Of a stretch of 64,000 bases of DNA, positions 52,671-63,844 are shown in pieces (position 1 is the first letter of the stretch; each line of letters opens with the position of its first letter). Origin of the DNA: an uncultured Acidobacteriota bacterium (GTDB lineage: Bacteria > Acidobacteriota > UBA6911); contig CAWHCF010000042.1 of assembly GCA_963827655.1 (NCBI GenBank), forward strand, positions 32,001-96,000. Direction: 5' to 3'. The notes under the pieces are model-generated. The model was not told the origin of the DNA and searched no databases. It saw nothing but the letters and a program-made list of their open reading frames with translations. Both the position numbers and the translations under genes were made by a program.

Positions 52671-55600
52671 ATGAGACAGAAAGAACCGGAAAAAAGGCGG
52701 GGTCACCGTCCCGTGGCATTGCGTTCCAGGAATCCTGAGGAAAGCGCCACGGCTGCTCTCCCCGCGCCAGCCCCCGCAATTGCTGCCGTCGCCTGCCGGA
52801 GACGAAGCGGTGCCACTGCGGGGAGCAGGCGCCAGGATCGTCGAGAACATGGAGACCAGCCTGGGCGTGCCGACCGCGACCTCGAATCGAACCATCCCGG
52901 TCAAACTCCTGGAAGAGAATCGAACGATCATTAACGAGCACCTCGAGGCCGGGCGCCGGGGCAGAATTTCATTCACTCACATCATTGCGTGGGCCATTGT
53001 CCAGGCCGTGCGTCATTTTCCGTCCTTGAACTCAAGCTTTGAGGTCGTAGACGGCATTCCCCATCGACGGGTGAGGCGCGCGACTAACCTGGGAGTGGCG
53101 GTGGATCTGGAGCGCAAAGACGGCACGCGTTCGCTGCTGGTGCCCAACATCAAGAACGCCCAGAGTCTGACCTTCGATCAGTTCGTACAGGCCTATGAAA
53201 ACGTCGTCGGCCGGGTTCGCAAGGGTTCACTCGAGCCGGCGGATTTTCAGGAAACGACGATCACGCTCACGAACCCCGGAACCGTCGGAACCGTGCTCTC
53301 GCAACCCCGTCTCATGGCGGGTCAGGGCGTTATCGTGGCTACGGGAGCCATCGGTTACCCGCCCGAGTATCACGCCTGGTCGCCCCGAGCGCTCTCGAGC
53401 CTCGGCCTGAGCAAGATCATGAACATCAGCAGCACCTACGATCACAGGGTCATTCAGGGGGCGGAATCGGGTCAGTTCCTCGGCAAGATTCATGACTTGC
53501 TTCTAGGACACGAAGGGTTTTACGAGCAAATCTTCGAAAACCTGAAGTTGCCCGAAAGGCCGGTCCAATGGGCTCTGGATCACAGCCCGGCGATCTTTGG
53601 CGTCGCGCCGCCGCGCGAGGACCTTGAGAAGCAGACTGGAGTGCTCCAGCTCATCAATCTCTACCGTGTGCGGGGTCACCTGATCGCGAATCTAGACCCG
53701 CTCGGAAATCATCCGCTCTACCACCCGGAACTCGATCCTGCCAACTACGGCTTGACCGTGTGGGACCTGGACCGGGAATTCGTAACCGGAGGTCTCGGGG
53801 GTCTGCCCCGCGGAACTTTGAGAGAAATCCTTGCCGTTCTGCGCCAGACCTATTGCCAGAAGATCGGCGTCGAGTACCGTCACATCCAGGACCCGGGGGA
53901 GAAGGCCTGGATCCAGGACCGGCTTGAGCCCGCGGAGAATCGCGCACCCCATGACCTGGGGACTCGACGCGAGATTCTGCGCAGTCTTATGGCTGCTGAA
54001 AGCTTCGAGAGGTATCTGCACACCAAGTTCGTCGGGCACAAGCGATACGGACTGGAGGGCGCAGAGACGACAATTCCGGTGCTGGAGAGAATATTGACGG
54101 AAGCAGCCGGCGAAGATGTTCAGGAAGTTGTCATCGGCATGGCCCACCGTGGACGCCTGAACGTGCTGGCCAATATCATAGGAAAGCCGCTGGCGAAAAT
54201 ATTCTCGGAGTTCGAAGAAATTACGGATCCGCTTGCGACTCAGGGATCCGGTGATGTGAAGTACCACCTGGGATCTTCCGGCACACTGACCACATCGTCG
54301 GGAAAGAAGATCATGGTTTTTGTCGCGCCCAACCCGAGCCATCTCGAGTGGGTCAACCCCGTCGTCGAAGGGATTGTGCGCGCGAAACAGGAACGGCGCG
54401 GGGATCGCAGCCGGATGAAGGTAATCCCGGTCTTGATTCACGGCGATGCTGCCTTTGCCGGGCAGGGCGTGGTGGCGGAGACGTTGAACCTGTCGCAGCT
54501 TCATGGTTACCGGACCGGAGGAACCATCCACATCATCATCAACAACCAGATCGGATTCACGACTACTCCGGAAGAAGCGCGCTCCTCCCCGTATGCCACT
54601 GATGCCGCCAAGTCCGTTCAGGCGCCTATCTTTCACGTCAACGGAGATGACCCCGATGCGGCAATCCGGGTGGCGCGCCTGGCCTATGCCTATCGGCAGC
54701 GTTTCAAGAAGGACGTCGTAATTGACATCTTCTGTTACCGGCGCCACGGGCATAACGAGGCGGACGAACCGAGCTATACTCAGCCGCTTCTTTACAAAGA
54801 GATCGGCGAGCATTCTTCCGTCCTGACGCTCTTTTCCGATCGGCTGGTGAAGGAAGGCGCGATCACCCAGCGTGAATTGGACAACCTTCGTGACGAGATC
54901 CACAACCGGCTGGAGAGGGCTTTTGAAGAAAGCCACAAGGGGGATCATCGCTTCGAACCTGATCTGCCGCTCGCCGTATCAGAGGAAGAGCTGGCGGAGT
55001 TCCAGCCCAAGCTGGGTACGCAGGTCGGGCTGGAAATGCTGAGAGACGCAGCGCAAGGATTGACAACCCTTCCCGAGGGTTTCCGGCTTCATCCCAAGCT
55101 GAACCCCTTCCTCGCAAAGCGGCGAGAGCTTCTGGAACGGGACACTTCGATTGATTGGGGCTATGCCGAGGCGCTGGCATTCGGCACGCTCGTTTGTGAA
55201 GGGACCCCGGTGAGGCTTAGCGGTCAGGATTCCGTGCGCGGCACCTTCAGCCAGCGGCATTTACTGCTCACCGATATGGAGACAGGAGCCGCTTACGTTC
55301 CCTTGAAGCACATTCAGCCGGACCAGGCGCCTTTCGAGGCATTCGACAGTTCACTGTCGGAAGCGGGCGTGCTCGGGTTTGAATTCGGCTACAGCGTCGC
55401 GGATCCCCTGACTCTTGTGATCTGGGAGGCGCAGTTCGGTGACTTCGCAAACGGAGCGCAGATTATCATCGACAACTTCATCGCCAGTTCAGAATCGAAA
55501 TGGCATCAACCCTGCGATCTTGTTTTACTGCTTCCGCACGGCTACGAAGGACAGGGCCCGGAGCACTCCAGCGCCCGGCTGGAGCGATTCCTGAGCCTTT

Positions 55601-56175
55601 GCGCCGAGGACAACCTCCGGGTTTGCTGCCCGAGTTCGGCTGGGCAGTATTTCCACGTGCTAAGGCGCCAGATGCGGGACGGGATGAGAAAGCCGCTGAT
55701 CTTGATGACGCCGAAAAGCTTGCTCCGCCATCCACTCGCTTCATCCAGCCCTCGGGAACTGGCGGAGGGAAGCTTCGAACTGGCGCTCGACGACTCGAGC
55801 ATTCAAGACAAAGAGAAGGTCAGGAGAGTGCTGCTTTGTACCGGAAAGGTCTATTACGACTTGCTGGTGGAACGTGAGCGACGCAAGATATCCGACATCG
55901 CATGTATCCGGGTAGAGCAGCTTTATCCTTACCCCGAATGGCACATTGCCAACCTGCTCGGATCTTACGAGCGCTCGACGGAGGTCTGCTGGGTTCAGGA
56001 AGAACCGCAGAATATGGGGGCTTGGCCCTTTTTGCGCCACCGTCTTCCCGAGACCCTGCCTTTCGGCAAAGCAGTTCGATACGTCGGCCGGCCCGAGAGC
56101 GCCAGTCCGGCCACAGGTTCCGCCCGGACGCATCGAATGGAACAAGCGGCCCTGCTGGATTCTGCATTGGATTAA
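52671..56175 (+). CDS. kgd: Multifunctional 2-oxoglutarate dehydrogenase E1 with fused E2-like domain (Kgd/SucA); probable +1 frameshift ~52780
   Basis: STYDHRVIQGAESG (E2-like); GMAHRGRLN, GDVKYH, HGDAAFAGQG, WEAQFGDFANGAQ, GPEHSSAR. Confidence 0.93.
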
Positions 56176-56242
56176 CTTTTCTTGATCATCTTTTCTTCGT
56201 GTTGAGCTTACTGGATCGATAACTTCTTTGTTCTTTTGAGGC

Positions 56243-56333
56243 ATTCTTGGTGTTTCTTCGTGTCTTCGAGTCTTAGTGGTATTTGTTAGACCTCTCTAAC
56301 CACGAAGACACAAAGACACGAAGGAACACTAAG
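56243..56333. repeat. Family R1 repeat, complete palindrome, core in reverse orientation
   Basis: ...tcttagtggt-attt-GTTAGACCTCTCTAAC-cacgaagacacaaagacacgaag. Confidence 0.9.
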
Positions 56334-56363
56334 CGCGCTTCTTGGTGGTTTGGTCTCGCTCAG

Positions 56364-57494
56364 ATGAAAATCGGCATAACCTGCTACCCAACCTATGGAG
56401 GAAGCGGCATTGTAGCGACAGAACTGGGTAAGGAGCTGGCTGAGCGCGGCCATGAGATTCACTTCATCAGCTATGCCGCGCCCCTGCGTTTGAAAGGAGT
56501 CCTCCCCCGCATCCATTTTCACGAAGTGGAGGTTACTACCTATCCTCTCTTCGATCACCCCCCCTATACGCTGGCCCTTGCCACCAAGATGGCGGAGGTC
56601 GCGGAGCTGCAGGGTCTGGACCTGATTCACTGTCACTACGCAATTCCTCACTCCGTCAGCGCCTTCCTTGCGAAATCGATGCTGCACCCGCGCAACCTTC
56701 CTGTCGTCACGACGCTCCATGGCACGGACATTACACTGGTGGGGGCCGACCGCTCCTATTTGCCGATCACCCGTTTTTCGATCGAGAAATCTGACGGTGT
56801 AACTGCGGTGTCACAATCTTTGAAAGAGTCCACGTATCAAACCTTCGCAGTTCGGAACGAGATCGAGGTCATTTACAATTTCGTGAATTGCGCGACTTAC
56901 AAACCGGCGGTGTCTACGAAGCTTCGGAATTCTTATGCCCCGCAGGGCGAAAGAGTGCTGATTCACCTGTCGAATTTCCGAGCGGTAAAGCGTCCGGCGG
57001 ATGTGGTTGAAATATTCTTCCGCGTGCAACGGGAAATCCCGGCGGTTCTCCTGATGGTCGGTGACGGTCCGGAAAGGAGCAATGCCGAATGGCGAGCGCG
57101 CCAGTACGCCATCGAAAAGAAAGTCTATTTTCTGGGGAAACAGGACAATGTTGAAGATTTGATGGGCTCCTCCGACCTGCTGCTTCTTCCGAGCGACCAT
57201 GAGTCGTTCGGCCTGGTCGCGCTCGAAGCCATGGCATGCGAGGTGCCGGTGGTGGTGTCGAGAGTCGGCGGCCTGCCTGAGCTGGTAACCGAGGGCATTG
57301 ACGGATTTCTGGTCGAACCCCGCAATCTGGAGGAGATGGCGCGGCAGGCACTCGCTGTGCTAAGTGATGAAGCCCGTCGCAAGGAAATGGGCAAACGTGC
57401 CAGGGAGACCGCCCTGACGCGGTTCTGTTCCACGAAACTGATCCCGCAGTACGAGAACTTCTACACCAAGGTCCTGGGCGGTGCCAGGCCTTGA
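56364..57494 (+). CDS. bshA: N-acetyl-alpha-D-glucosaminyl L-malate synthase (GT4)
   Basis: MKIGITCYPTYGGSGIVATELG, HYAIPH, TTLHGTDITLVG, SNFRAVKR, ESFGLVALEAMAC. Confidence 0.92.
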   Translation: MKIGITCYPTYGGSGIVATELGKELAERGHEIHFISYAAPLRLKGVLPRIHFHEVEVTTYPLFDHPPYTLALATKMAEVAELQGLDLIHCHYAIPHSVSAFLAKSMLHPRNLPVVTTLHGTDITLVGADRSYLPITRFSIEKSDGVTAVSQSLKESTYQTFAVRNEIEVIYNFVNCATYKPAVSTKLRNSYAPQGERVLIHLSNFRAVKRPADVVEIFFRVQREIPAVLLMVGDGPERSNAEWRARQYAIEKKVYFLGKQDNVEDLMGSSDLLLLPSDHESFGLVALEAMACEVPVVVSRVGGLPELVTEGIDGFLVEPRNLEEMARQALAVLSDEARRKEMGKRARETALTRFCSTKLIPQYENFYTKVLGGARP

Positions 57495-57516
57495 ATATTC
57501 AAGACCTGACACCAGT

Positions 57517-57888
57517 CTATTCCGCTCTGTGGGAAGACTCGATCATGACAAGGCCGGAGCTCACGGCTTCGGGCAGCTTGACCAGGGATCCGAGGTCGAA
57601 CCCATCCTGGATCTTGCCTTTCACGCCGACTCGCGAGCCTTTGCGAGGAACTCCCTTATCGGAGACAATCCAGAGTTTTCCGGTCCCGTCATCGACCCGA
57701 TACACGCCGCGCCCCAAGACCGAGTAGCTATCTACGACATTGCCTTCAATGCCGACCTCGCGATTCGTGTAGCGGCTCGGCTCGGCCAGGATCTGGTTAA
57801 TTGTTTTACGCTCGCAGGCAGCGAGGAACACGACAATGGAAATAAGAATAAAGGTGACTGCGGTACGCCCAAGCTTAATTTCTTTCAT
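57517..57888 (-). CDS. Hypothetical OB-fold-like lipoprotein
   Basis: Lipobox LAAC; V.IEG.V...Y.VDDGTG.LWIV...G..V.VKG. Confidence 0.6.
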   Translation of the reverse strand: MKEIKLGRTAVTFILISIVVFLAACERKTINQILAEPSRYTNREVGIEGNVVDSYSVLGRGVYRVDDGTGKLWIVSDKGVPRKGSRVGVKGKIQDGFDLGSLVKLPEAVSSGLVMIESSHRAE

Positions 57889-57978
57889 TTGTTTCCCGCC
57901 TCCAACCCTTTGAGAATCGACTCACTAATAGAGACAAAACGCCTGGATTAGTTTCACCCGAGCCCTTACCTTTACTGA

Positions 57979-58764
57979 ATGCGAGTGGCTGCAACGCGAA
58001 TCCGTATTGGCATCATCCTGAGCGCCGGCGGGCTGCGAGGAGTCGCACATCTGGGCGTCTTGCGCCAGCTCCTGCGCCATCGCATTCCCATGGATGTGAT
58101 GGTGGGCGTCAGCGCCGGGGCTATCATTGCCGCTTACTACGCGGCTGTAGGTCTCTCGGTGGAAGAACTGATCCAGGAGACGCGGACTTTCCGTGGCCGC
58201 CATGTCATCCTTCATGGCCTGAGCCTGCGCGCGCCAAAACCGCTGAACTCCCTGCTCGCGCGCTTTTGCGGTGTGATCCCGCAAAGGCTGCGTCAACTGG
58301 ACCACGTCCAGTTTGATCGTTTGCACCACGGAGTTCAGGCCCTCGGTATCGTCTGCCACGACCTGATCACCAATCGTCCCCTCTACTTCTGCACCGGCGG
58401 CGAACACAAAGTCACTCTGGCGGAGGTCGTCAAAGCGAGCGCCGCGATCCCTGGAGTAATCCCGTCACGCGCGGTTCGGCGCGGGGGGCAGATTCTCCGC
58501 CTGGTGGATGGCGGCATCGCTGATTCCCTTCCCATAGAGTTTGCCCGCGGCCACGCCCTGTCCGCCACACACCTCATTGTCTCGGACTGCCGCAGTGAAA
58601 CGCCCTCCGTTGCGTGTGGCGATCGCATGGTCTACATTCGGCCCCGGCTCGAAGGCGTGGGCGTTCTGCGATCACGGCAAGCCTCACTGGTCCGGGCCGT
58701 AGCCGCGGGAGAAGCTGCCGTTACCGATGACATCTTGAAGCAGATTCACCAGTGGCTAATGTAG
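57979..58764 (+). CDS. Patatin-like phospholipase
   Basis: LSAGGLRGVAHLGV, GVSAG, SAAIPG, DGG. Confidence 0.88.
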   Translation: MRVAATRIRIGIILSAGGLRGVAHLGVLRQLLRHRIPMDVMVGVSAGAIIAAYYAAVGLSVEELIQETRTFRGRHVILHGLSLRAPKPLNSLLARFCGVIPQRLRQLDHVQFDRLHHGVQALGIVCHDLITNRPLYFCTGGEHKVTLAEVVKASAAIPGVIPSRAVRRGGQILRLVDGGIADSLPIEFARGHALSATHLIVSDCRSETPSVACGDRMVYIRPRLEGVGVLRSRQASLVRAVAAGEAAVTDDILKQIHQWLM

Positions 58765-58808
58765 ACGGGGCCCGACATCAAATAGTTCACTCTCGCCATG
58801 AGACCAAA

Positions 58809-58876
58809 AAAAGTGGAAAGTAGAAAGTGCTGAGTGAAAAGTGCTTTCAACTCAGCACTCAGCACTTTCTACTTTT
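58809..58876. repeat. Inverted heptamer-type repeat hairpin
   Basis: aaagtagaaagtgctgagtg ... cactcagcactttctacttt; related sequence at 43092-43127. Confidence 0.75.
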
Positions 58877-58890
58877 GTTGAGGAGGATCT

Positions 58891-59841
58891 ATGCCCGGCC
58901 GAAAAACAAAACGCCGCAAAAAAGCGGCGCCCGGCTCTGTCGGTCTCGCCGCCGTAGACACCAGGATCACCAACCTGGCGGCGGAAGTGCGCGGGCTGGC
59001 TGAGAGCGTCGAAGCGGATCGGGGCGCCGTCCTTGGCATTTACGCCGAACCGTTCGGCGGGAAGGCCGTTCTCCTGGTTGCGTTACCGATCGACCGCGTC
59101 GAACCCACGCCTTACCAGCGCGATCCTTCCGAGAATCACGTCAAGCGGCTGATGAACGTGATCGAAAGAATCGGCCGTTTCCTCGACCCGATCATCACGA
59201 TCCGCCAGGACGAGAGGTACTGGACGCCAAATGGGAGTCACCGCCTGAAGGCTCTGAAGAAGCTTGGCGCCCGCAGCGTCACCGCCCTGCTGGTACCGGA
59301 GCCCGATGTGGCGTTCAAGATTCTGGCCCTTAACACCGAAAAGGCGCACAACCTGCGGGAGAAATCGATCGAGACGATCCGAATGGCGCGGGCGCTGGCT
59401 GAACGCGGCGAGTTGAAGGAAAGCGATTATGCCTTTGAGTTCGAACAAGCGCCCTTCTTGACGCTCGGACTGTGCTACGAAAAACGCCCGCGCATAAGCG
59501 GCGGCGCCTACCATCCGGTGCTGAAACGCGTCGACGATTTCCTCGAGCAACCCATGGCCCGGGCGCTCGCTGTGCGCGAGAAGCGGGCCGCTCAGGTGCT
59601 CGAGCTGGATGATGCTGTTTCGGAGGTTGCGGGCAAGCTGAAGGAACGCGGCTTTACCAGTCCTTACTTGAAGCCTTACGTTGTGGCCCGGGTTAACCCG
59701 ACGCGTTTTTCCAAAGCAACCTCGTTTGACTTTGACGAGATCTTCAAGAAAATGATCGGTTCTGCAAAGCGGTTCAATGTTGAAAAGGTCAGACAGGAAG
59801 ATCTCGCGCGTGTCGGCGGCGCGCCTCCAGCAGAGGATTAG
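58891..59841 (+). CDS. Stand-alone ParB/Srx N-terminal domain protein
   Basis: PTPYQRD...FLDPII...TPNGSHRL.AL; ALNTEK. Confidence 0.7.
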   Translation: MPGRKTKRRKKAAPGSVGLAAVDTRITNLAAEVRGLAESVEADRGAVLGIYAEPFGGKAVLLVALPIDRVEPTPYQRDPSENHVKRLMNVIERIGRFLDPIITIRQDERYWTPNGSHRLKALKKLGARSVTALLVPEPDVAFKILALNTEKAHNLREKSIETIRMARALAERGELKESDYAFEFEQAPFLTLGLCYEKRPRISGGAYHPVLKRVDDFLEQPMARALAVREKRAAQVLELDDAVSEVAGKLKERGFTSPYLKPYVVARVNPTRFSKATSFDFDEIFKKMIGSAKRFNVEKVRQEDLARVGGAPPAED

Positions 59842-59842
59842 C

Positions 59843-59872
59843 GTTTCTTGGTGTCTTCGTGTCTTGGTGGTT
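59843..59872 (-). repeat. Family R1 repeat arm
   Basis: gtttcttggtgtcttcgtgtcttggtggtt. Confidence 0.75.
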
Positions 59873-59903
59873 GATTTTATTCAATTTGGCGAGGGAGGTT
59901 GAC

Positions 59904-60707
59904 ATGTCGCTTAAAGGGAAACACGCTTTGATTACCGGAAGCTCGCGCGGGATTGGGCGAGGGATCGCTCTGAAGCTGGCTCAGGAGGGGGCCGAAGTCG
60001 CCATTCACTATTATCAAAACGAGGAGGCCGCAAAAGACACTCTTGCGAAGGTCCGGCAGCGCGGCTCGGATGGCTTCGTCGTCCAGGCTGATGTTTCTCG
60101 GCCCGACGAAGTCAAAGGCATGTTTGATAAGGTGCGGGCCGAGTTTCACACATTGGAAATCTTGATTAGCAATGCGAGGCCCGAGCTACCCCGCTTTTAC
60201 CAGGCACCCATGAAAATCACACTCGACCATTGGAACATGGCGGTAGATTCGCAGGGAACGGCGTTCCTGATTTCGGTCCAAGAAGCGGCGAGCCTGATGC
60301 ACGACGGCGGCAGAATCGTTGCCATCACCTATGCGCCTAGCGCTCGCACGGGAAGCTGGCAAAACTGGATCGCGATGGGATCGGCAAAGGCGGCTCTGGA
60401 GACGCTATGCCGCTACTTTGCGGTGGCGCTGGCCAAGCGCGGCATTACCGTCAACGCGATCAGCCCGGGGCTTACCGAAGACAGTGTCTTGAACTCGTTG
60501 CCGGCCGAGGTAGTGAATCAGACCCGGGCCTGGCACGAGAGCGGCTGGACGCCCATGGGACGGTTGTGTACTCCAGCGGATGTGGGCAACGCCGTGGCCC
60601 TTTTCTGCTCGGACGAGGCCGGGTGGATTACGGGACAGGTTGTCGCCGTGGATGGTGGGGCGTCGCTGATGGACACCGTTTTCCCGCTCGAAATTCAGCG
60701 CGGGTAG
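59904..60707 (+). CDS. SDR family oxidoreductase (FabL/FabI-like)
   Basis: TGSSRGIG; MGSAK; VNAISPG; ITGQVVAVDGG. Confidence 0.85.
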   Translation: MSLKGKHALITGSSRGIGRGIALKLAQEGAEVAIHYYQNEEAAKDTLAKVRQRGSDGFVVQADVSRPDEVKGMFDKVRAEFHTLEILISNARPELPRFYQAPMKITLDHWNMAVDSQGTAFLISVQEAASLMHDGGRIVAITYAPSARTGSWQNWIAMGSAKAALETLCRYFAVALAKRGITVNAISPGLTEDSVLNSLPAEVVNQTRAWHESGWTPMGRLCTPADVGNAVALFCSDEAGWITGQVVAVDGGASLMDTVFPLEIQRG

Positions 60708-60802
60708 CGGAGTGTAACCGCGGAATTGGAACTGCCCAAGCAAGCTCCGCCGCCTGCCGTTGGACGTTTCGCGGCGGCGGCAGCAAGCTGACGCAATTTA
60801 AG

Positions 60803-60829
60803 CCGCAAGCAAGCTTGCGCACTCCAAGC
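60803..60829 (-). repeat. Single REP-like hairpin
   Basis: Minus strand ggagtgcgcaagcttgcttgcggc; only one copy in the window. Confidence 0.35.
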
Positions 60830-60963
60830 TCCGGGAGAGCGGGCGGAGTCTGACTTGATCGGTACAGCGACTATTTGGCACAATCACGCCGGGCGACGTG
60901 GTCAGGCGGCAGCAGATCATGATCAAGTGCCTGCGCTCCGGATCGAGTGACCACTATTCTCTT

Positions 60964-63654
60964 ATGGACTCAATATCGGTCGGACAGAAAATTCGCCATT
61001 TCGAGGTGGTTGAACGGATCGGCGAAGGCGGCATGGGTGAAGTCTTCAAGGCCAGGGATGTGAGCCTGGGCCGTTCCGTCGCGCTCAAAGCGCTGAAACC
61101 CGGACTCATGACCGCCTCGGCCCGCGAGCGATTCTTGCGCGAAGCGCGTGTGGCCTCGGCTTTGAATCATCCCAACATTGTGACGGTTTTCGAGGCCTTC
61201 ACGGAAGACGATACGGACTTCATTGCTATGGAGCTGATTACCGGGAGAACCCTGGACCTCGTGATCGCCGAAAAAAGCCTCCCGGTCAGCGAAGCACTGG
61301 AATTTGCGCTCCAGATCTCCGACGCGCTGAATGCGGCTCACCGCGCCGGCGTGGTACACCGCGACCTGAAGCCCGGCAACATAATGGTGACCGACGATCG
61401 CGTCATCAAAGTGCTGGACTTCGGCATCGCTAAAATGGTTTTGCCCGAGGACACCCAGGGATCGAATATCGCCGGCGCCACGGCCACGATCGAACCTTTC
61501 AGCGCAGGCCGTACCAGTCCGGGCGTGATCATGGGGACAGCAGCCTATATGTCCCCCGAACAGGCTGAGGGAAAGCCGGTCGACGCTCGATCCGATATCT
61601 TTTCCTTCGGCGTGATCCTCTACGAAATGTTGACCGGGCGCCGCGCCTTCAAGGCCGATACCGAGGTGTCCTCGCTGGTTGCGATCCTGACCAAGGAGCC
61701 GACTCCGCTGGCCGAGTTGGTCCCCGCAGCACCTGGAGCGTTAGAGTCCATCGTGTCTCGCTGCTTGCGCAAGCAGGCCGAGCGGCGCCTTCAGACTGCG
61801 GCTGACCTTCGTGCCGCCTTGCGGGATGTCCAGGACGAGCTCGCCGGAGAATCTCGGACTCTTGCGGCCGCCGCGCCTGCCGCAAGCCGATTTCGATCCC
61901 CGTGGCTGTGGGTCGCGGCGCTTGCCCTGGCCGTTGCGCTCGCCGGTACGTGGGTCTACCTTAGCCGGGAAAGAACCTCAGGTCCCGGCACGTCCGGCAT
62001 TCATGCGAAGAGCACCCCACTCACTGCCTACCGCGGGAGCGAGGCCGATCCTTCGTTTTCTCCCGACGGAAACCAGGTCGCGTTTTCTTGGGACGGCGAA
62101 TCCAGAGATAACTCCGATATTTATCTCAAACTGGTCGGCCCCGGCCGCCCCGTGCGGATCACCACCGATCCGCGGCCTGACATCTGTCCGTCCTGGTCGC
62201 GTGACGGCCGGTGGGTCGCCTTTCTGCGCCAGCTTGCCGACAACGAGTTCTCTCTGATTGTGATCCCGGCCCTGGGGGGGCGCGAACGCGCGCTCTTGAA
62301 CCTGAACACCTCTTACATTCTAGGTGCGTCGAAGCCGGCGTGGTCCAAGGACTCAAAGTGGCTTGTTATTTCAGCCACATCCCCGGGGCAGAATCAACAG
62401 GCTCTCGCCCGCGTCAGCCTGGAAAGCGCCCAGATCTCATGGATCACGCAGCCGGATACCTCCTCTGGCCTTCATGAAGTCATGCCTGCTCTTTCTCCGA
62501 ATGGTCGTCAGCTCGCCTTCTCGCGTGTCGGCGGAGGGTTTGTGACTGCCGCTTTTGTCCTCTCCGTCTCCGATGGTCTGGTTCCGAGCGGCGCGCCCAG
62601 AGCGCTCGATCAAGGCGAAATCCCGGCTCTCACGCCCGAATGGTTGAATGACGACGAATTGATAGTCGCCACCGGCGGAGTGCAATCGACTCTCTGGAAG
62701 ATCAGCGCTTCGGGGAAGACGCCCGTGCAACCTCTGGTTGTAGCCGGCACGGACGTGGTTCAGCCGGGAATCAACCCAACCACACACCGTCTCGCTTACG
62801 TCTCCAAGACGCTCGACACCAACATCTGGACGCTTCGCCTGGCGAGCACGACCCAGGCCTCAGCGGATCCCGCCCGGATTGTTGCCTCCACGAAGTCCGA
62901 CGTGAATCCACAGGTCTCACCCGATGGAAAACGGGTTGCATTCTCTTCCAATCGTTCCGGCAGGTACGAGATCTGGATCCGGGACCCGGACGCTCCTGAT
63001 GCCTATCAGCTCACGACACTGGGTGCGGGAACCAGCGGCTCTCCGCGCTGGTCCCCGAGCGGACGCGAGATCGCATTCGACTCCAATCTCGGTGGCCGAT
63101 CCAATATCTACGTGGTGAACAGCGAGGGGGGGACGCCTCGCAAGCTCACCGAGAGCGCCGGAGCCAATATCGTGCCCTGCTGGTCGAAGGACGCCGCGTT
63201 CATTTTCTTCGGCTCGAACCGCAGCGGCACGTTTCAAATCTGGAAAATGAATGCGGATGGCAGCAATCCGGTAATGATCACAAAAGGCGGGGGCTTTGCT
63301 CCTCTTCTATCGGCAAACGGCGAGTTCATCTTCTACGCAAAGAGTCCCGCGTTGGCCAGCGACATTTGGAGGGTCCCGGTCCAGGGTGGAGAGGAACGCA
63401 AGGTTACGGATGGCGTGTACCGTTACAGCTTTGCTCTTGCCCCTGAGGGTCTTTATTTCGTCTCCGCGCCCCGATTTCAGAAGCGATCTGCCATTTGCTT
63501 CCTCGAGTTCGCGCGTGAATCGATCACCGATGTCTTCCCGCTTCAGGATCCAGCGGAGCTGGGCCTCGGGCTATCGTCCGATTACCGGAATCTCTTCTTC
63601 GCCAAAGTCGATTACAGCGATAGCGATATCATGCTGGTTGAGAATATCCCCTGA
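60964..63654 (+). CDS. Ser/Thr protein kinase - TM - TolB-like (PD40) beta-propeller
   Basis: IGEGGMGEV, VALK, HRDLKPGN, DFG, YMSPEQ; repeated P.FSPDG..VAF. Confidence 0.92.
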   Translation: MDSISVGQKIRHFEVVERIGEGGMGEVFKARDVSLGRSVALKALKPGLMTASARERFLREARVASALNHPNIVTVFEAFTEDDTDFIAMELITGRTLDLVIAEKSLPVSEALEFALQISDALNAAHRAGVVHRDLKPGNIMVTDDRVIKVLDFGIAKMVLPEDTQGSNIAGATATIEPFSAGRTSPGVIMGTAAYMSPEQAEGKPVDARSDIFSFGVILYEMLTGRRAFKADTEVSSLVAILTKEPTPLAELVPAAPGALESIVSRCLRKQAERRLQTAADLRAALRDVQDELAGESRTLAAAAPAASRFRSPWLWVAALALAVALAGTWVYLSRERTSGPGTSGIHAKSTPLTAYRGSEADPSFSPDGNQVAFSWDGESRDNSDIYLKLVGPGRPVRITTDPRPDICPSWSRDGRWVAFLRQLADNEFSLIVIPALGGRERALLNLNTSYILGASKPAWSKDSKWLVISATSPGQNQQALARVSLESAQISWITQPDTSSGLHEVMPALSPNGRQLAFSRVGGGFVTAAFVLSVSDGLVPSGAPRALDQGEIPALTPEWLNDDELIVATGGVQSTLWKISASGKTPVQPLVVAGTDVVQPGINPTTHRLAYVSKTLDTNIWTLRLASTTQASADPARIVASTKSDVNPQVSPDGKRVAFSSNRSGRYEIWIRDPDAPDAYQLTTLGAGTSGSPRWSPSGREIAFDSNLGGRSNIYVVNSEGGTPRKLTESAGANIVPCWSKDAAFIFFGSNRSGTFQIWKMNADGSNPVMITKGGGFAPLLSANGEFIFYAKSPALASDIWRVPVQGGEERKVTDGVYRYSFALAPEGLYFVSAPRFQKRSAICFLEFARESITDVFPLQDPAELGLGLSSDYRNLFFAKVDYSDSDIMLVENIP

Positions 63655-63661
63655 GGAGCTG

Positions 63662-63844
63662 GCGCGGGTCATCAGAGACTGTCGCAAAACTCGCCGGGTT
63701 CATGTGCGGACGGGCTATCAAGCCCGTCCGGCTCCCGAGGGGCACTACTGAACTTTTTAAGGTTAAGGCATGCCGGTTACGTTACTTGCGACGGGCCAAT
63801 GGCCCGTCGCCACAGGGTGCTCTAAAGAATGTCTGAGCCAAACT
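63662..63844. repeat. Element E3 copy 2 (core inverted relative to the leader)
   Basis: Leader gcgcgggtcatcagagactgtcgcaaaactc matches 43188-43219 directly; core is reverse complement of 43232-43373. Confidence 0.8.

Noticed and set aside
56364-57494. Functional cluster of bshA with malate synthase (malate supply)
   Set aside because: Genes are over 20 kb apart with unrelated genes between; no bshB or bshC nearby
58891-59841. ParB as a plasmid/chromosome partition locus or defence gene
   Set aside because: No parA, parS array or defence neighbours; only the N-terminal ParB/Srx motif is recognisable
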